Shown: piece after piece, positions 43,060 to 62,292 of the stretch
Position numbering within the stretch: position 1 is the stretch's first letter
Layout of the letters: each line of letters opens with the position of its first letter
Assembly: GCF_009914755.1 (NCBI RefSeq)
Contig: NC_060939.1
Reading direction: 5' to 3' (one strand)
Source: the human T2T-CHM13v2.0 reference genome, Homo sapiens
DNA length: 64,000 nt
Notes under the pieces: model-generated
The model's input: the letters and a program-made list of their open reading frames with translations, nothing else
Database searches by the model: none
Told to the model about the DNA's origin: nothing
Position numbers and translations under genes: made by a program

Positions 43060-43330
43060 TTACAGCATGTGTAGTGTGACGGCTAAATGCAGAGACTCTG
43101 ATGCCAGACTGCCTGGGCCCACACTCAGGCATCCCAGCATGCAACTTACGTGCCATGTGGTCTGGGGCAGGCTATTTGATCTCTCTGTGCCTCATTATCC
43201 CCATAGGTCAAATGGAGCTTATAGTAGCATTTATCTCTTGGGTTGTTGTGAGCATGCAGTTACTTTTCAATTCGATCAGTGTCTGGCACTTGGTAAAGTC
43301 CGCAATGATTATTAACTGTTATTATTATTC
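43060..43330 (+). mobile_element. MIR, near full length
   Basis: gactctgatgccagactgcctggg...tctctgtgcctcatt...gggttgttgtgag...gtctggcacttggtaa. Confidence 0.8.
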
Positions 43331-45796
43331 CCTAAATGTCTGGCAATAAGCTCCCCTGGGGAGGAAATGGATCTTATTCATCTCTGCGCCCCATCCCACC
43401 CCTAGCCTGGCCCAGAGAATTGCCAAATGCAGTCTGAAATGCAGTCTTCTTGACAACGGGTCAAGTCCTGACTCTCAGGCTCTCGGCCAAGGGAGTGCAC
43501 AGGTGATTCCTCCCCAGAGGGCTTGCCTACTGGATGGAAGGCCGGCAGGAAGCTGCTTCTTCCCAAACTGACCTGGTGGCCTGGCTTCTCAGCCCTTCCC
43601 AGCCATGCCCACTCTGCCCTGTGCCATCTGCCCTCCTAGATGGGAGGTGTGGAGCAGGCTTGGTTTGGCAACCTTTCCTGCTACCCCCCCCACCCCCGGG
43701 GGCACTGGTTCTTGCAGCCAGAGGCAGCTGCTTCAGCCTCTAGCCTTGCTGGACTCAGCACCACAGGGATGGGGCAGGGAAGGGGAGGAGAGAAGGGAGG
43801 AAGGAGCTGGGGGATGGGAGGCCTTGCCTCTCTCTAGAGAACCTGGGGGATGGGGATTTCCTGGACATGTGTACACACTCTTTTACTCCGCAAACATTCA
43901 ATAGTACCTCCTGGGGTTATGTGCTGGAGTAGGGGCAAATAAAGACCCAATGCCATAAAAGGTCAGATCTACTCCAGAAGGAGCCTCCAGAGAAAAGGAA
44001 AGCTTGATTCAAACTTGAAAGAAGAGTAGGGATCACCGGGAGAACAGAAAAGTCCACAGTGGGGCAAGGGAGGCAGGGCACATGGGGTGTGAGCAGCTGT
44101 GCATGTAAAGGGCTGCAGGTATGAAACCACTTGTCATTCACCGCCCCTATTTCCACCTGAGCCAGCACAGGGCCTACGCTATGGGATCATGACCCATGCA
44201 TATGCCATTGCCTTCTATTCAGGACAGAGGCTGGTGACACATTGTGTGGCCAGGACCCCTCAAACTATACCCACCTTTAGGGCTACAACATCCAACCACC
44301 TTCTTCTTTAGGCTCGGGAATCAGACAGGCCTATTTGTATTCCTGCTCATCCACTTTCTGAGCCTCTGTTATCTCATCAGTAAAATGGGAATAATTACGT
44401 CTTTTTCTCAGGGCTGATGTGAGGACCAGACTCACAAACACTGTGGCAGATGTTTGAGAGAGCACTGGCTCAGGACCATAGGAAAGGTTTGAGAGAGACA
44501 GAGATAAAGAGGGAGAGAGAGAGAACTGGCACAAATGTCAACCTCCCTCCCAAACCAGATCCTTCCATCCCTCAAGACAGTCGGTCACGTATGCCCTATC
44601 TTTCCAGCCATGTTGTTCCTGCCTCTGTCTCTGAAATGCTTTCTTCTTTTCTCCTTTATCTATCCAAGGTTCAGCTCAATTCCAACTTCATTCATTCTTC
44701 AATCCTTTCTCGGTGCCCATTGGGCCAGACTCTGGGCTGGGCCCTGAAAGAAATGAGGCACTGGCCCTGCCCTGCAGGAACTCAGAGCCAAGCAGAGGAA
44801 ATACCCTGGGAACAAAATGCCTGGAATCCTGTGTTCTGAGGCCAGATCAGGGGCTAGGCAGATCCCAGAAGGAGCCCAGACATGGGAGGGGTGGACCCTG
44901 AGTGCCTGGAAGGTGGGCAGGGGGCAGGGAGACTCCTCAGAGGAAAGGACCTCTTCCTAGATCTCATTAGTTAAGAATTCACAGCCATATCTGCTGAGCT
45001 GAAGATATGATTTCACCTTTCTGTGTTTGCTGATGGGTCCCCTGAGTGACCCCTGTCACCCTCCCCACTCTGTGCCAGGGATGTAGTCGGAGTCATCAGG
45101 GGCCTTTGGTGGATCCATGCAGGAAGGATGGGTAGGACAGCAGCTCCTTCCACACCCCCGCCTGAGCTCTGACCTCTGTGTGGGCTGGTCCTCCCACTTG
45201 GGGCCCTGCTCTGCCTGGGGCCCTGCTCTGCCCTCCCTGACCTGCATGGTGACTCCATTTCAGCTGAGCCCAGGTCCTGACCCAGTTATGAACAGCTGCA
45301 TCCAGGAAAACAAAGACACAGGAGGCTAAGTTCAACCATCTATAGTGGCCTCTGCCCCAAACAGGACTAGGCCCCGCTCTGCCCCCTCCAGATCTGTTCT
45401 CCAAGATAAAGGACTCCAGGCTCCCTCAGCCCTTCTCTTTCATGAGATTTTTTTGGCCTCTTAGCCTTGGTTTCCATCACTCCAACTACATAAAATATTT
45501 TCATCCTTCCACCCAGATCAAATCAAAATTTGTAGAGAATTTATCATGAGCCAAGGCACTGTGCTGTTTTCTAATTATCTCATTTAATCCTCAAGCTGAA
45601 TGCATTTTTGAGACCAATATGAATTTTTAAAAATTATATAGATGGGGAAACAGATTCAATCAAAGAGCATGATGGATATTTACATTTAGTTTTGCTGCCC
45701 AGTTTCCAATCCCTGCTTCCTATCTGGGAGGAAATAACTATGGTGGCTGTGTAAGTGGATATAATGCACCATCCCTCACCACCAAAGTTGAAGGGA

Positions 45797-46048
45797 GGCC
45801 AGGCATGGAGGCACTTTGGGAGGCCAAGACAGGCAGACTGCTTGCACGCAGGATGTCAAGACCAGTCTGGGCAACAGAGCGAAACCCCGTCTCTATAAAA
45901 GAAAATACAAAAATTATCCAGGCCTGGTGGCATGCTGAGGCAGCGGGATCGCTTAAACCTGGGAGGTCGAGGCTGCAGTGAGCTAAGATTGCTCCACTGC
46001 ACTCCAGCCTGGGTGACACAGCGGCAACACCCTGTCTCTAAAAAAAAG
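45797..46048 (+). mobile_element. AluJ with two internal deletions and TSD
   Basis: TSD agttgaaggga at 45786 and 46049. Confidence 0.88.
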
Positions 46049-46836
46049 AGTTGAAGGGAGGAAATCTTCCTTCCTCGTGTCCATAAGACTTAGGCATGGC
46101 CAATCAGATATTTCTGCCCAGCACTTTGAATCCCAAATAAGTAATGCCAAGATGTTCACAGTGGGGTCAGCAGCAGGCGAGGCCTCCTGGACAGATGATT
46201 TTTCCAGCCTCTGGAGCCCCTTTGGTTCCTGCTGCTCCAGCTTCATTGATGCTGTGTCCCTCTCACCCTCCAGCACACCTTTTGTGCTGAGTTGGCAAGA
46301 ACCTGAATGATACTGGGAGACACGAGAATGTGCTCAATGCTGAAGGGCCAGGAGCCATACATCTTCTTTCACACCCAGAGTAATCCACCTCATCATAGAG
46401 CTTCCAACACAGGAGAAAGGTGGACAGAATTCCCAGACTCCCGGGGAAGGGAAGCCTGGCGTACAGCAGGCCTAGAGAGCAATCAGACCCGACAGCCCAG
46501 GGGCACAGCAGGCTCCAGGGGCAATGTCTCCAAGAAAAAAGTGAACTTCATACATCAAGCAATCTGTTTTCACCTACTGAGTGGCACTCTTTGAGAGGAA
46601 AGTTTGGGGATGAATTTATTGTAAGTACATAGAAAAATTAAATGAATAAATAAAGTGATTATTATTTCTAGAAAAAAACAAAAAGGTGTATAAGTAAGGA
46701 AATGTCATCATAATACACTATGGCTCAGCTTTGAGCAGTGAATAATATTTACATGTCATCATCATGTGAACAATAGATTTTTGTCTTGTCTCAATAGAGA
46801 GAAGGATGGGGTTGGGGAAAAGTATAAGAATTAAGT

Positions 46837-47130
<294 letters not shown>

Positions 47131-47396
47131 TTAAGTCCTCGTCTTTCATAATAGGAAGTCAATAGCTACATGAAACTGAAAAGTCATGAAGCAGTTTTAT
47201 AATAATGTTTCTTGGAAATAAAAGAAAGAGTTTTCAGTGTTGAAACTGGTGGTCTTGGGGCTCAAGTGTGGAACAAGATGGGCAGGGAATAATGGTTCTT
47301 AGTTACAAGACTTATAAAGTTTTTGCTCTTTAAAACAATATAAATATATTACTTGGATAAAAAATAAAAGAAAAAGATAAAAAATGGGTAGGATCA

Positions 47397-47774
<378 letters not shown>

Positions 47775-48432
47775 TCATAGTCACTAATAATAATTCAGCA
47801 TTTACTGTACACAAATCACTGCATTATAATCCCCACTTTATAGATGAAATCTAGTGAGACTCAGGTAGTTAACATATAACAGAGACAGGATTTAAACCCA
47901 GGCAGTTTGACTTAGAGCCCCAGTGACAGCATACGCTGAAGCTCCAAACTCTGCATTAAACATTAGGAAAAGCAGAAGACCAGGACTGGGTGGTGACCAT
48001 CAGAATAGTGCATGAATTGCCATACTAGGCACAGCAGGGTCAGTAGGCTCCTCTCCCTTGTTTCCACCTAACAGTGGCTAGAGGATACAGCTTTGGATTT
48101 GGGGAAAAGCTGAATGAGAATAACTCCATGAAGAGGAGAACAACTTGACTAGGGAAACAAATAGGGCGGCTGTAAGAGCCACAGGGAAAAGCAAAACAGA
48201 GGTAACTCTGGTCCTCCATGAGGGACAGAGGGGGAAAAAACAAAGACAGCTTCATCTAGAAGGGAGATACACCAGAGGGCACTTTACTCAGAGTAAAGCT
48301 CTACTTTTTTGGCAGTTTGTCCCCAACCTGTATGCTCCCCACCCAGTCCCCAACAAGAAAGCTAGTCTAACATGCCCAATCCATTCCCAACCCACTTACG
48401 CAGTTTGTAAACTGGAAAATAAAGAAGTCTCA

Positions 48433-48765
48433 GGCCAGGTGCAATGGCTCATGCCTGTAATCCCAGCACTTTGGGAATCTAAGGTGGGAGCATTGCTTGA
48501 GCCTAAGAGTGCAAGACCAGCCTAGGAAACATAGTGAGACCCTGTCTTTAATAAAGATTTAAAAAACAAATTAGTTGGGCAAGGTGGCATATGCCTGTAG
48601 TCCCAGCTACTCAGGAAGTTGAGGCAGGAGGATTGCTTGAGCCTGGGAGGTCAAGACTGCAGTGAGGCATGATTGTGCTACTGCACTCCGGCCTGGGCAA
48701 CAGAGCAAGACCCTGTCTCAAAATAATTAAATAATTAATTAATTTTTAAAAATCAAAAAATAAAG
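48433..48765 (+). mobile_element. AluJ
   Basis: Two arms, AT-rich tail. Confidence 0.92.
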
Positions 48766-48774
48766 AAAAGAAGT

Positions 48775-49450
48775 CTACCAGAAAATAAAAAAAGATGAAA
48801 AATACTGAGAAAAAATTTAAAGCATGGAGAATATATATAGGAAGTCCAGTATTTGTTTAAAATGAATACTAGGACAGAAGAGAGAATATTGAAAGAAATA
48901 GCAAAAAATATACCAAGAGAAAATTGTCTTTAGCTAAAAAAAATAAAAATAAAAATAAAAATCTTCAGATTAAAGGACCAAGTGCCAAGTAGGGTTTAGA
49001 AGGGTTAAAAAATGTCTATACCAAGGCACATCATGTTGAAATTTCAGAATTCCAAGAATGTAGAAAAAAACAAGAATTAAGAGGGGAGAAGTCGCTTGAT
49101 CCCAGGAGTTCAAGACCAGCCTTGGCAACATAGTGAGACCTCATCTCTAGTGAAAATAAATAAAAATAAAAATGAAAAACAGGGAAAGGCATCTTGCCTC
49201 AAGAATACATATCAGAACAACAGACTTTAGTCAAGCCAAACTGTCTTCTAAGTATGACAGCAAAATGAAGCAATTTTTATAAAATGGCTCAGAAATTTTA
49301 ACATACAAAACAGATATAAAAAAATTACTCTAGAAAGTGTAAACAGAAGTTTAAAGAATCCAAGAAAGAAGGAATGTATATTCAGAAAAAAAGAAGAATC
49401 ACAGAAAGAGGGTGATATGGGATATAAGAAATAGTTTGGGCCAAATAAGA
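48775..49450 (+). mobile_element. Degenerate L1 ORF1/HAL1-like relic with an Alu fragment (~49085-49175)
   Basis: A-rich; atcttcagattaaagg...ccaaggcacatcatgttgaaatttcagaa. Confidence 0.55.
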
Positions 49451-49946
49451 CTCAAGAAAATACAGCTGGAAAGAAAACAGGGGCTGACATTTGGAGGACT
49501 CTTAGACAAGTTGCCAAAGTTTAATAGCATGAAATTACATTTCCTTCTTTCTTTATATAACCAATAACATCTCTTCAGAATGTACTAGAATCACTGGGCC
49601 CCTTAAAATTGATTCAGAACTTCTGGGGCTGAGAAATGTGATCTTCAACAGGCCCTGAAGGAGATGCATATCTACAAAAATTTGAGACCCAACGTGTATT
49701 TGGTTCTAGAGAGAATATTATACTGTATATATAAAATCATAAAATAAGTCATTTATTGGTTTTTAATTTTTTAGAAGCAACCTATGAGCATAAAGGATAG
49801 ACTAGTTTATAGGCACACATCAAAACTTCATGTTATTAATCTTGACAATGAAAAAAATGTATAGCAAATTTGGGAAGTGGAAAGGGAAAAAGCAATAGAA
49901 GGAAGGGAATTTGCTCCAGCTTATGTTATTTTAAATTATTAATGGT

Positions 49947-50109
49947 AGCCGGGTGTGGTGGTGTGCCTGTAGCTCCAGCTACTCGGGAGGCTGAGGTGGG
50001 AGGATCACTTCAGCCCAGGAGGTGGAGGTCACAGTGAGCCAAGATCACACCACTGCACTCCAGCCTGGGCGACAGAGTGAGACTCCTTCTCAAAAATAAA
50101 TAAATAAAT
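49947..50109 (+). mobile_element. Alu right monomer (FRAM-like)
   Basis: Single right arm with (TAAA)n tail. Confidence 0.88.
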
Positions 50110-50119
50110 CTAAATTATA

Positions 50120-52885
<2,766 letters not shown>

Positions 52886-52977
52886 AAAAGTTGGGGAACA
52901 TAGGGGTAATCACTCTGTGGTCACCCCCATGTACATGTTAATAAAATTTATATGCTTTTTCTCTAAACAAAAGAAAA

Positions 52978-53474
<497 letters not shown>

Positions 53475-53530
53475 ACTAAGTAGCAGAAACAGCAAAACTA
53501 AAAATTTTTGAAAGTGGTTGTCTCTAGGGA

Positions 53531-55684
53531 TGTCTTAGTCTATTTGGACTGCTATAACAAAATACCATAAACTGAGTAGTTTATAAACAACAGAAATGTA
53601 TTTCTTACAGTTCTGGAGGCTGGGAAGTCCAAGTTCAAGGCACTGGCAAATTGGTCTGGTGAGGGCCAACTCTCTGGCTCATAGATGGAGCCTTCTCATT
53701 GTGTCTTCACATGATGGTAGGGGCAAGGCAGCTGTCCCCGGCCTCTTTTATAAGGGCACTAATCTTTTAAAAGGGCTCTGGGACAGGCACAGTGGCTCAT
53801 GTCTGTCATCCCAGCGCTTTGGGAGGCTGAGGTGGGAGTGAGAGGTGACAGCGTGCTAGCAGCCCTCACAGCCCTCGCTTGCTCTCGGCACCTCCTCTGC
53901 CCGGGTTCCCACTTTGGCGGCACTTGAGGAGCCCTTCAGCCCGCTGCTGCACTGTGGGAGCCCCTTCCTGGGCTGGCTGAGGCCAGAGCCGGCTCCCTTA
54001 GCTTTCGAGGAGGTGTGGAGGGAGAGGCCCGGGTGGGAACCGGGGCTGCGGGTGGGAACCGGGGCTGCGGGCGGTACTTGCGGGCCGTACTTGCGGGCCA
54101 GCGCGAGTTCCGGGTGGGTGTGGGCTCGGCGGGCCCCGCAGTCAGAGCCGCTGGCTGGCCCTGCTGGCCCCAGGCAATGAGGGGCTTAACACCCGGGCCA
54201 GCCGCTGCGGAGGGTGTGCTGGATCCCCCAGCAGTGACGGCCCACCAGCGCTGAGCTTGATTTCTCGCCGGGCCTTAGCTGCCTCCCCACGGGGCAGGGC
54301 TCGGGACCTGCAGCCCGCCATGCCTGAGCCTCCCCCCTTCCCTCGGTGGGCTCCTGTGCGGCGGGAGCCTCCCTGACAAGCGCCACCCCCTGCTCCACAG
54401 AGCCCAGTCCCATCAACCACCCAAGGGCTGAGGAGTGCGGGCGCAGGGCGCGTGACTGGCAGGCAGCTCCACCTGCGGCCCTGGTGGGGGATCCACTGGA
54501 TGAAGCCAGCTGGGCTCCTGAGTCTGGTGGGGACTTAGAGAACCTTTATGTCTAGCTAAGGGATTGTAAACGCACCAATGGACACTCTATCTAGCTACTC
54601 TGGTGGAGACTTGGAGAACCTTTATGTCTAGCGAAGGGATTGTAAATACACCAATCGGCACTCTGTATCTAGCTCAAGGTTTGTAAACACACCAATCAGC
54701 ACCCTGTGTCTAGCTCAGGGTTTGTGAATGCACCAATCAACACTCTGTATCTAGCTACTCTGGTGGGGACTTGGAGAACCTTTGTGTCTACACTCTCTAT
54801 CTAGCTAATCTAGTGGGGAGGTGGAGAACCTTTGTGTCTAGCTCAGGGATTGTAAACGCACCAATCAGCACCCTGTCAAAACAGACCACTTGGCTCTCTG
54901 TAAAATGGACCAATCAGCAGGATGTGGGTGGGGCCAGATAAGAGAATAAAAGCAGGCTGCCCCAGCCAGCAGTGGCAAGCCCTTCAGGTCCCGTTCCACA
55001 CTGGAAGCTTTGTTGTTTTGCTCTTTGCAATAAATCTTGCTGCTGCTCCCTTTTTGGGTCCACACTGCCATTATGAGGTGTAACACTTACCAGGAAGGTC
55101 TGCAGCTTCACCCCTGAGCCAGTGAGACCACGAACCCACCAGAAGGAAGAAACTCCGAACACATCTGAACATCCAAACATCAGAAAGAGCAAACTCCGGA
55201 GACGCCGCTTTTAAGAACTGTAACACTCACTGCTAGGGTCCATGGCTTAATTCTTGAAGTCAGTGACCAAGAACCCACCAATTCCGGACACTGGAGGATT
55301 GCTTGAGGCAGAAGTTTGAGACCAGCCTGGGCAACATAGCGAGACCCTCTCTACCAAAAAATTAAAATTAGATGAGCATAGTGGTGTGCACCCATAGTCC
55401 TAGCTGCTTGAGAGGCTGAGGCTGGAGGATTGCTTGAGCCCCGGAGTGCGTGGTTTCAGTGAGCTATGATTGCGCTACTGCACTCTGGCCTAGGAGGCAG
55501 AGTGAGACCCTGTCTCAAAAAGAAAGCAGGGGGTGGGAAGTGGGGGTGTGCTCTGCTCTCATGACCTAATCAACACCCACCTCCTAATACTCATTAATAA
55601 GTTCCCACCTCCGAATACCATCACTTTGGGGGTTAGGATTTCAACATATGAATTTGGAGGGTACATAAACATTCAGATCACAGT
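53531..55684 (-). mobile_element. MLT1A/MLT1A0-like MaLR LTR split by an AluJ (53781-53838 and 55293-55525) and LTR12
   Basis: tgtcttagtctatttggactgctataacaaaataccata...tataagggcactaatc resumes at ctctcatgacctaatc...ggatttcaacatatgaatttgg...aacattcag. Confidence 0.85.
53839..55292 (+). mobile_element. LTR12C-type (ERV9) solo LTR, full length
   Basis: Starts tgagaggtgacagcgtgct, ends gaacccaccaattccggacact; 4-bp TSD GGAG at 53835 and 55293; CpG-rich 5' part; tandem CCAAT repeats; AATAAA at 55029. Confidence 0.95.
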
Positions 55685-56845
55685 AGTGAGTATCACTGGG
55701 TTGGGCCAAAAGGGGTACTTCTAGTTTTCATCTTATATTTTTTGAACTTTTTTGGTTTTGCTATATTTCTATATTACTTCTATGATTAAAGAAAACTAGG
55801 TTAATTAATAAAACAAAATATCTACAACAGAAGCTGTTCTGAGGATGGTAAGCTTATATCCATGGGGGTCTCTTCATTCCAGAAAAAAAATGAATAAGCA
55901 TTGCATTTAATGCCCATTAATGCTCATTAAGTTTTTAGACCTATGAGTGAGTGCTGAGGTCCTTAAAGCTCATGCAGATTTCCTCAGCTTCATTTCTGTT
56001 CAACAACAGCACTTAGTAAAGGGTAATGTATTCTTTTGCAAAATCTTGCTAAGAGGAAAATAATTGCCAAGAGCATCAAACATTGCTAATGTGAAGACAC
56101 ATTAAACTGTAAATATCCTTCAGAAAATGATGAAAATGGCAAAATGAGTAAAATCATATCTTGATTATTGTGTCCAGCTACGTCCCATTTATTTCACCAG
56201 GAAGTTCTATGTCTGTCAATCTACCTGGACCCTATTTTCAATCCAGAAAATAGATAAGGAACCTAGAAAATTTTGCACTGTGTTCTGTTAATTCACTTTA
56301 ATCAATAGGGAAAATGACTTGCCCAAATCACGCTGCTGATTTTTGGCAAATGCTCGACTGGAAATCAGGCCTCTTCCGGTATATCCTAAGCCCATAGGTC
56401 CTGACCCCATGGCCTCTGATTCTTCCATGCTATGTGAGTATGGACACGTCACTCAACATTTCCTGGCCTCAGTGTTCTTACCTGTAAAATGAAGTTGGAG
56501 AATTAGATTAACACAAAATTAGCCCTCACTGTCCCTGATGGTAGCCACGTTTTTCAGTGGGAGAAATGTAGGTCTCACAAGGCTCTGCAACTTGGTAAGT
56601 TTCACCTTGCAAGGCAATCTTGCACACATACTCACTTTACATTCTGTCTCATCTGAATAGACTCAGCTTAATGTAGCCAAAAAAAAACAAAAACCAAAAC
56701 AAAAAACACCCACAGTTGTGACAGCCTGAGGCATCCAGCTACAAGAAAACTCAGTTGACAGGACCCAGTTTAGCTAAATTTGCTTAATCAGAACAACAAC
56801 AAAAAAAGCCTAGGAACCATAACACTCCTTAAAAAACAAAAAGCA

Positions 56846-57078
56846 GGTCGGTAACGGTGGCTCATGCCTATAATTCCAGCACTTTGGGAGGCCCAGGCAG
56901 GCGAACCACGAGGTCAGGAATTTGAGACCAGGCTAGCCAACATGGTGAAACCCCATCTCTACTAAAAACACAAAAAATTAGCTGGGCGTGGTGGCGGGCA
57001 CCTGTAATCCCAGCTACTCGGGTGTCTGAGGCAGGAGAATTGCTTGAACCCAGGAGGTGGAGGTTGCAGGAAAAAAAA

Positions 57079-57121
<43 letters not shown>

Positions 57122-57123
57122 AC
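56846..57123 (+). mobile_element. 3'-truncated AluS followed by an A run and (CA)n (~57086-57123)
   Basis: Stops at gaggttgcag. Confidence 0.9.
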
Positions 57124-57797
57124 AGAGAGATTTATTAAGCTAATAAGTTTTGGTAAAAGGTCATGATCATTTTTAATTCTGCATGAATCAGTGGATTAGC
57201 AACTGTAGACCAAACTCAGTATTAATCTCGCTTGTTGTTAATGATGCTAAAGGATCCTCGGAACCCCTAGAAAGCCAACATTCACTGTGGCTTCTATAGT
57301 TAGACATTCAAAACCAGAAGGAACTTTAGAGATCACCTAACACATTAACTTTATAGAAGACAGAAGGAGGCCCACCAGAGCAAGAGTGACTTACCCAAGT
57401 TCACACTTGCCTGGGGCAGAGCCAAGATTAAAGGTCAGGCCTCTTGACCCCCAGCTCAGTGGATATTCCTCATGTGAAATGCTAAAGGCTGAAGCCCTGG
57501 GTAAAGCCAGATCCACTCATTATGACCAAGGTGAGCCTGAAATAATTCAACAAGAAATGTTGGAAGGCCAATATGCAAAAAACACACCAGTAGCTGTAGG
57601 AGACACCTGAGGAGACATGAAATAGAAAATACATTAGAAATAGCTAAGAATGTGAGCAGTGGGCTACAGCTCCAGCCCCCAAGAGTTTGGATAAAATCAA
57701 GGGAAACTTTCCCAAGAGAGAAAATACATTGTATTTCCCACCTTAAAAATATATTTTTAAAAATGGTTTTATAAAAGACACATATACCACAAGAGGT

Positions 57798-58099
<302 letters not shown>

Positions 58100-58395
58100 T
58101 GAGTCTTTTTTGGTGTTTTAAATAATATTTATTAGGGGTTATCAACTTATCAAAAGGAAACATTCATTGCAGATAAACTTTTTAAAAGACAGAAATAAAA
58201 TACTCTTAAAATGTTGATATTTCTTCTATTTTTATACATAAATACACTCTTGTTTTTAATTGGGATCACTTGGCATATATTATTTTGTATCTTGCCTGTC
58301 TTAATTTTGTCTTGAGAATTTCCCATGTAATTAAAGAGTCTTTGAAAACATCAAGATTCCATTAAATAAGTGTAGTATCAATTATTTAATGCCTT

Positions 58396-59869
<1,474 letters not shown>

Positions 59870-59982
59870 CAAACATGTTTACACAACAAGAAAATAGGAA
59901 ATATATTTGCAGTATATGTGACAGAAAATGCTAATATTTGTATTGTATAATTAGCTTTTTAAAACATTAACATTCCAGTAGA

Positions 59983-60141
59983 GGCCAGGCACAGTGGCTC
60001 ACACCTGTTATCCCAGCGCTTCGGGAGGCTAAGGCTGGAGGATTGCTTGAGCCTAGGAGTTTGAGGCTGCAGTGAGTATGAAAGCACCACCGCACTCCAG
60101 CCTGGATGACAGAGAAAGACTCTTATCTCAAAAAAAAAAAA
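59983..60141 (+). mobile_element. Alu monomer (FRAM-like or left/right chimera)
   Basis: Single arm ending in poly-A. Confidence 0.85.
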
Positions 60142-60389
60142 TTCTACATGTTTAACCTTACAAATAGATGCTAATGAAAAACCTTTTCAAAATCCTCCAC
60201 CTTGGGCAAATATTTTTTAAAATAATAATACCCAATATTACTGTAGAACAGGAACACCTACCCCACTCTTGGTTGGGTGTCAATTGGTACAATTTCTCCA
60301 GAGGCCAATTCAACAATATGTATCAAAGCCTCAAAATCATTCATAATCTTTGGCAAAGAGTTCCATATCTAAGAAAGTCTTCAGTGATG

Positions 60390-60696
<307 letters not shown>

Positions 60697-60926
60697 TCAC
60701 TCCAGTCAGAACAAAGGCACAGGCTGCAATAAGTCCATGGTGGTCTGGTACCACTTAGTGCAGCCCGGTTAGAGGGGGAGTGAGTGTGCCCTCAGGGCCT
60801 TTGGGAAAACCCAGGGCAGCTGATGCCAAGTGGGTATGCTCTGTCACTAAGAAATAATGCTTTGCTGCCATCTGGTGTTCTCCCAGATAATCGCACCCAC
60901 CCCAGAGGAAAAACTCTCCAAGTTAG

Positions 60927-61246
<320 letters not shown>

Positions 61247-61269
61247 TTCTCTATTTTTAACAAACCCTA

Positions 61270-61500
61270 ATAAAGCATTTACTAGGTTCCAGGCGTTGTG
61301 CTCAGCACTTTACAAGCATTCCCTTTTTTAGTCCTCATAAGGGCCCCACGAAATAGGTAATTTTATCATCCCCATTTTACAAACGAGGGAACTAAAATAC
61401 AGAGAAGCTAGGTAACTTGCCCAAAGTCACACAGCTACTAAGTGACTGAGTATTGGATTAGAACAAGATGGCAGTTTGGCACCAGTGTCTGTGCTCTTGA
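61270..61500 (-). mobile_element. MIR, near full length
   Basis: tcatccccattttacaaacgagggaactaaaatacagagaagctaggtaacttgcccaaagtcacacagct. Confidence 0.85.
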
Positions 61501-61763
61501 CCACATCCTTTGTGAAGAGGATCCAGGGTCTGCATGGTGCTAACAGCACTTGGAGAGAACCTGACAGCCCATACAGCAACATCCTCTCCACATCCAGTAC
61601 ATCTGCCCCAAATAAGTCCATATCAGAACTGGGTTCGCTCATGCCCTATAGGCAGTCTAACCTGAGTCATGGACAACCACCAGTTCAGGCTAAATCCAAT
61701 GAAGTTTTTTGGAAAAATCTTTACTTGTATTTCATATATACAAAAAGATATCAGAAATAATGT

Positions 61764-62050
61764 GGCTGAGCACAGCGACTCATGCCTTTAATCCCAGCAC
61801 TTTGGGAGACCAAAGTGGGAGGATCGCTTGAGCCCAGGAGTTTGAGACCCCCTAGGCAATATAGTGAGACCTCATCTCTACAAGAAATTTAAAAATTAGC
61901 TAGCTTTGGTGGCGTGCATCTGTAGTCCCAGCTACCCGGGAGGCTGGGGCGGGTGGATAGCTTGAGCCTGGGAGATAGAGCCATGATCGTGTCACTGCAC
62001 TCCAGCCCCGGTGACAGAGTGAGACCATGTCCCAGAAAAAAAAAAAAAAA
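61764..62050 (+). mobile_element. AluJ
   Basis: Two arms and poly-A. Confidence 0.9.
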
Positions 62051-62292
62051 GAGTATTAACAGTAGTGGTGCATCAGTAATGAGTTTGAACCCCAACAGTT
62101 CACTGGCTTGTTTTCTACCATGGTATTAACACATGCAGAAAACCACCTGGGATATGAGTGCAATGAGACTTTTATAGCAATCCTACCCCTTCCTAGTAAA
62201 CTGGCCCCCACTAACTACAGTTAATTGTGTCCTGCTGGACACATCTGCAGTTTTGGTAGCAGTTGCTTCATGGTGGAGCTGGGAAAGCTGCT

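Noticed and set aside
43060-43140. tRNA-like heads of MIRs and 7SL-like Alu monomers as RNA genes
   Set aside because: Degenerate SINE parts with no cloverleaf or 7SL S-domain.
54520-54915. Regular ~40-70-bp repeats resembling a CRISPR-like array
   Set aside because: These are the known LTR12 U3 tandem repeats; there are no unique spacers and the context is eukaryotic.
53914-55192. ORFs within the CpG-rich 54-kb region, and a possible second gene promoter
   Set aside because: Entirely inside the LTR12 solo LTR; no gag/pol/env sequence is present.
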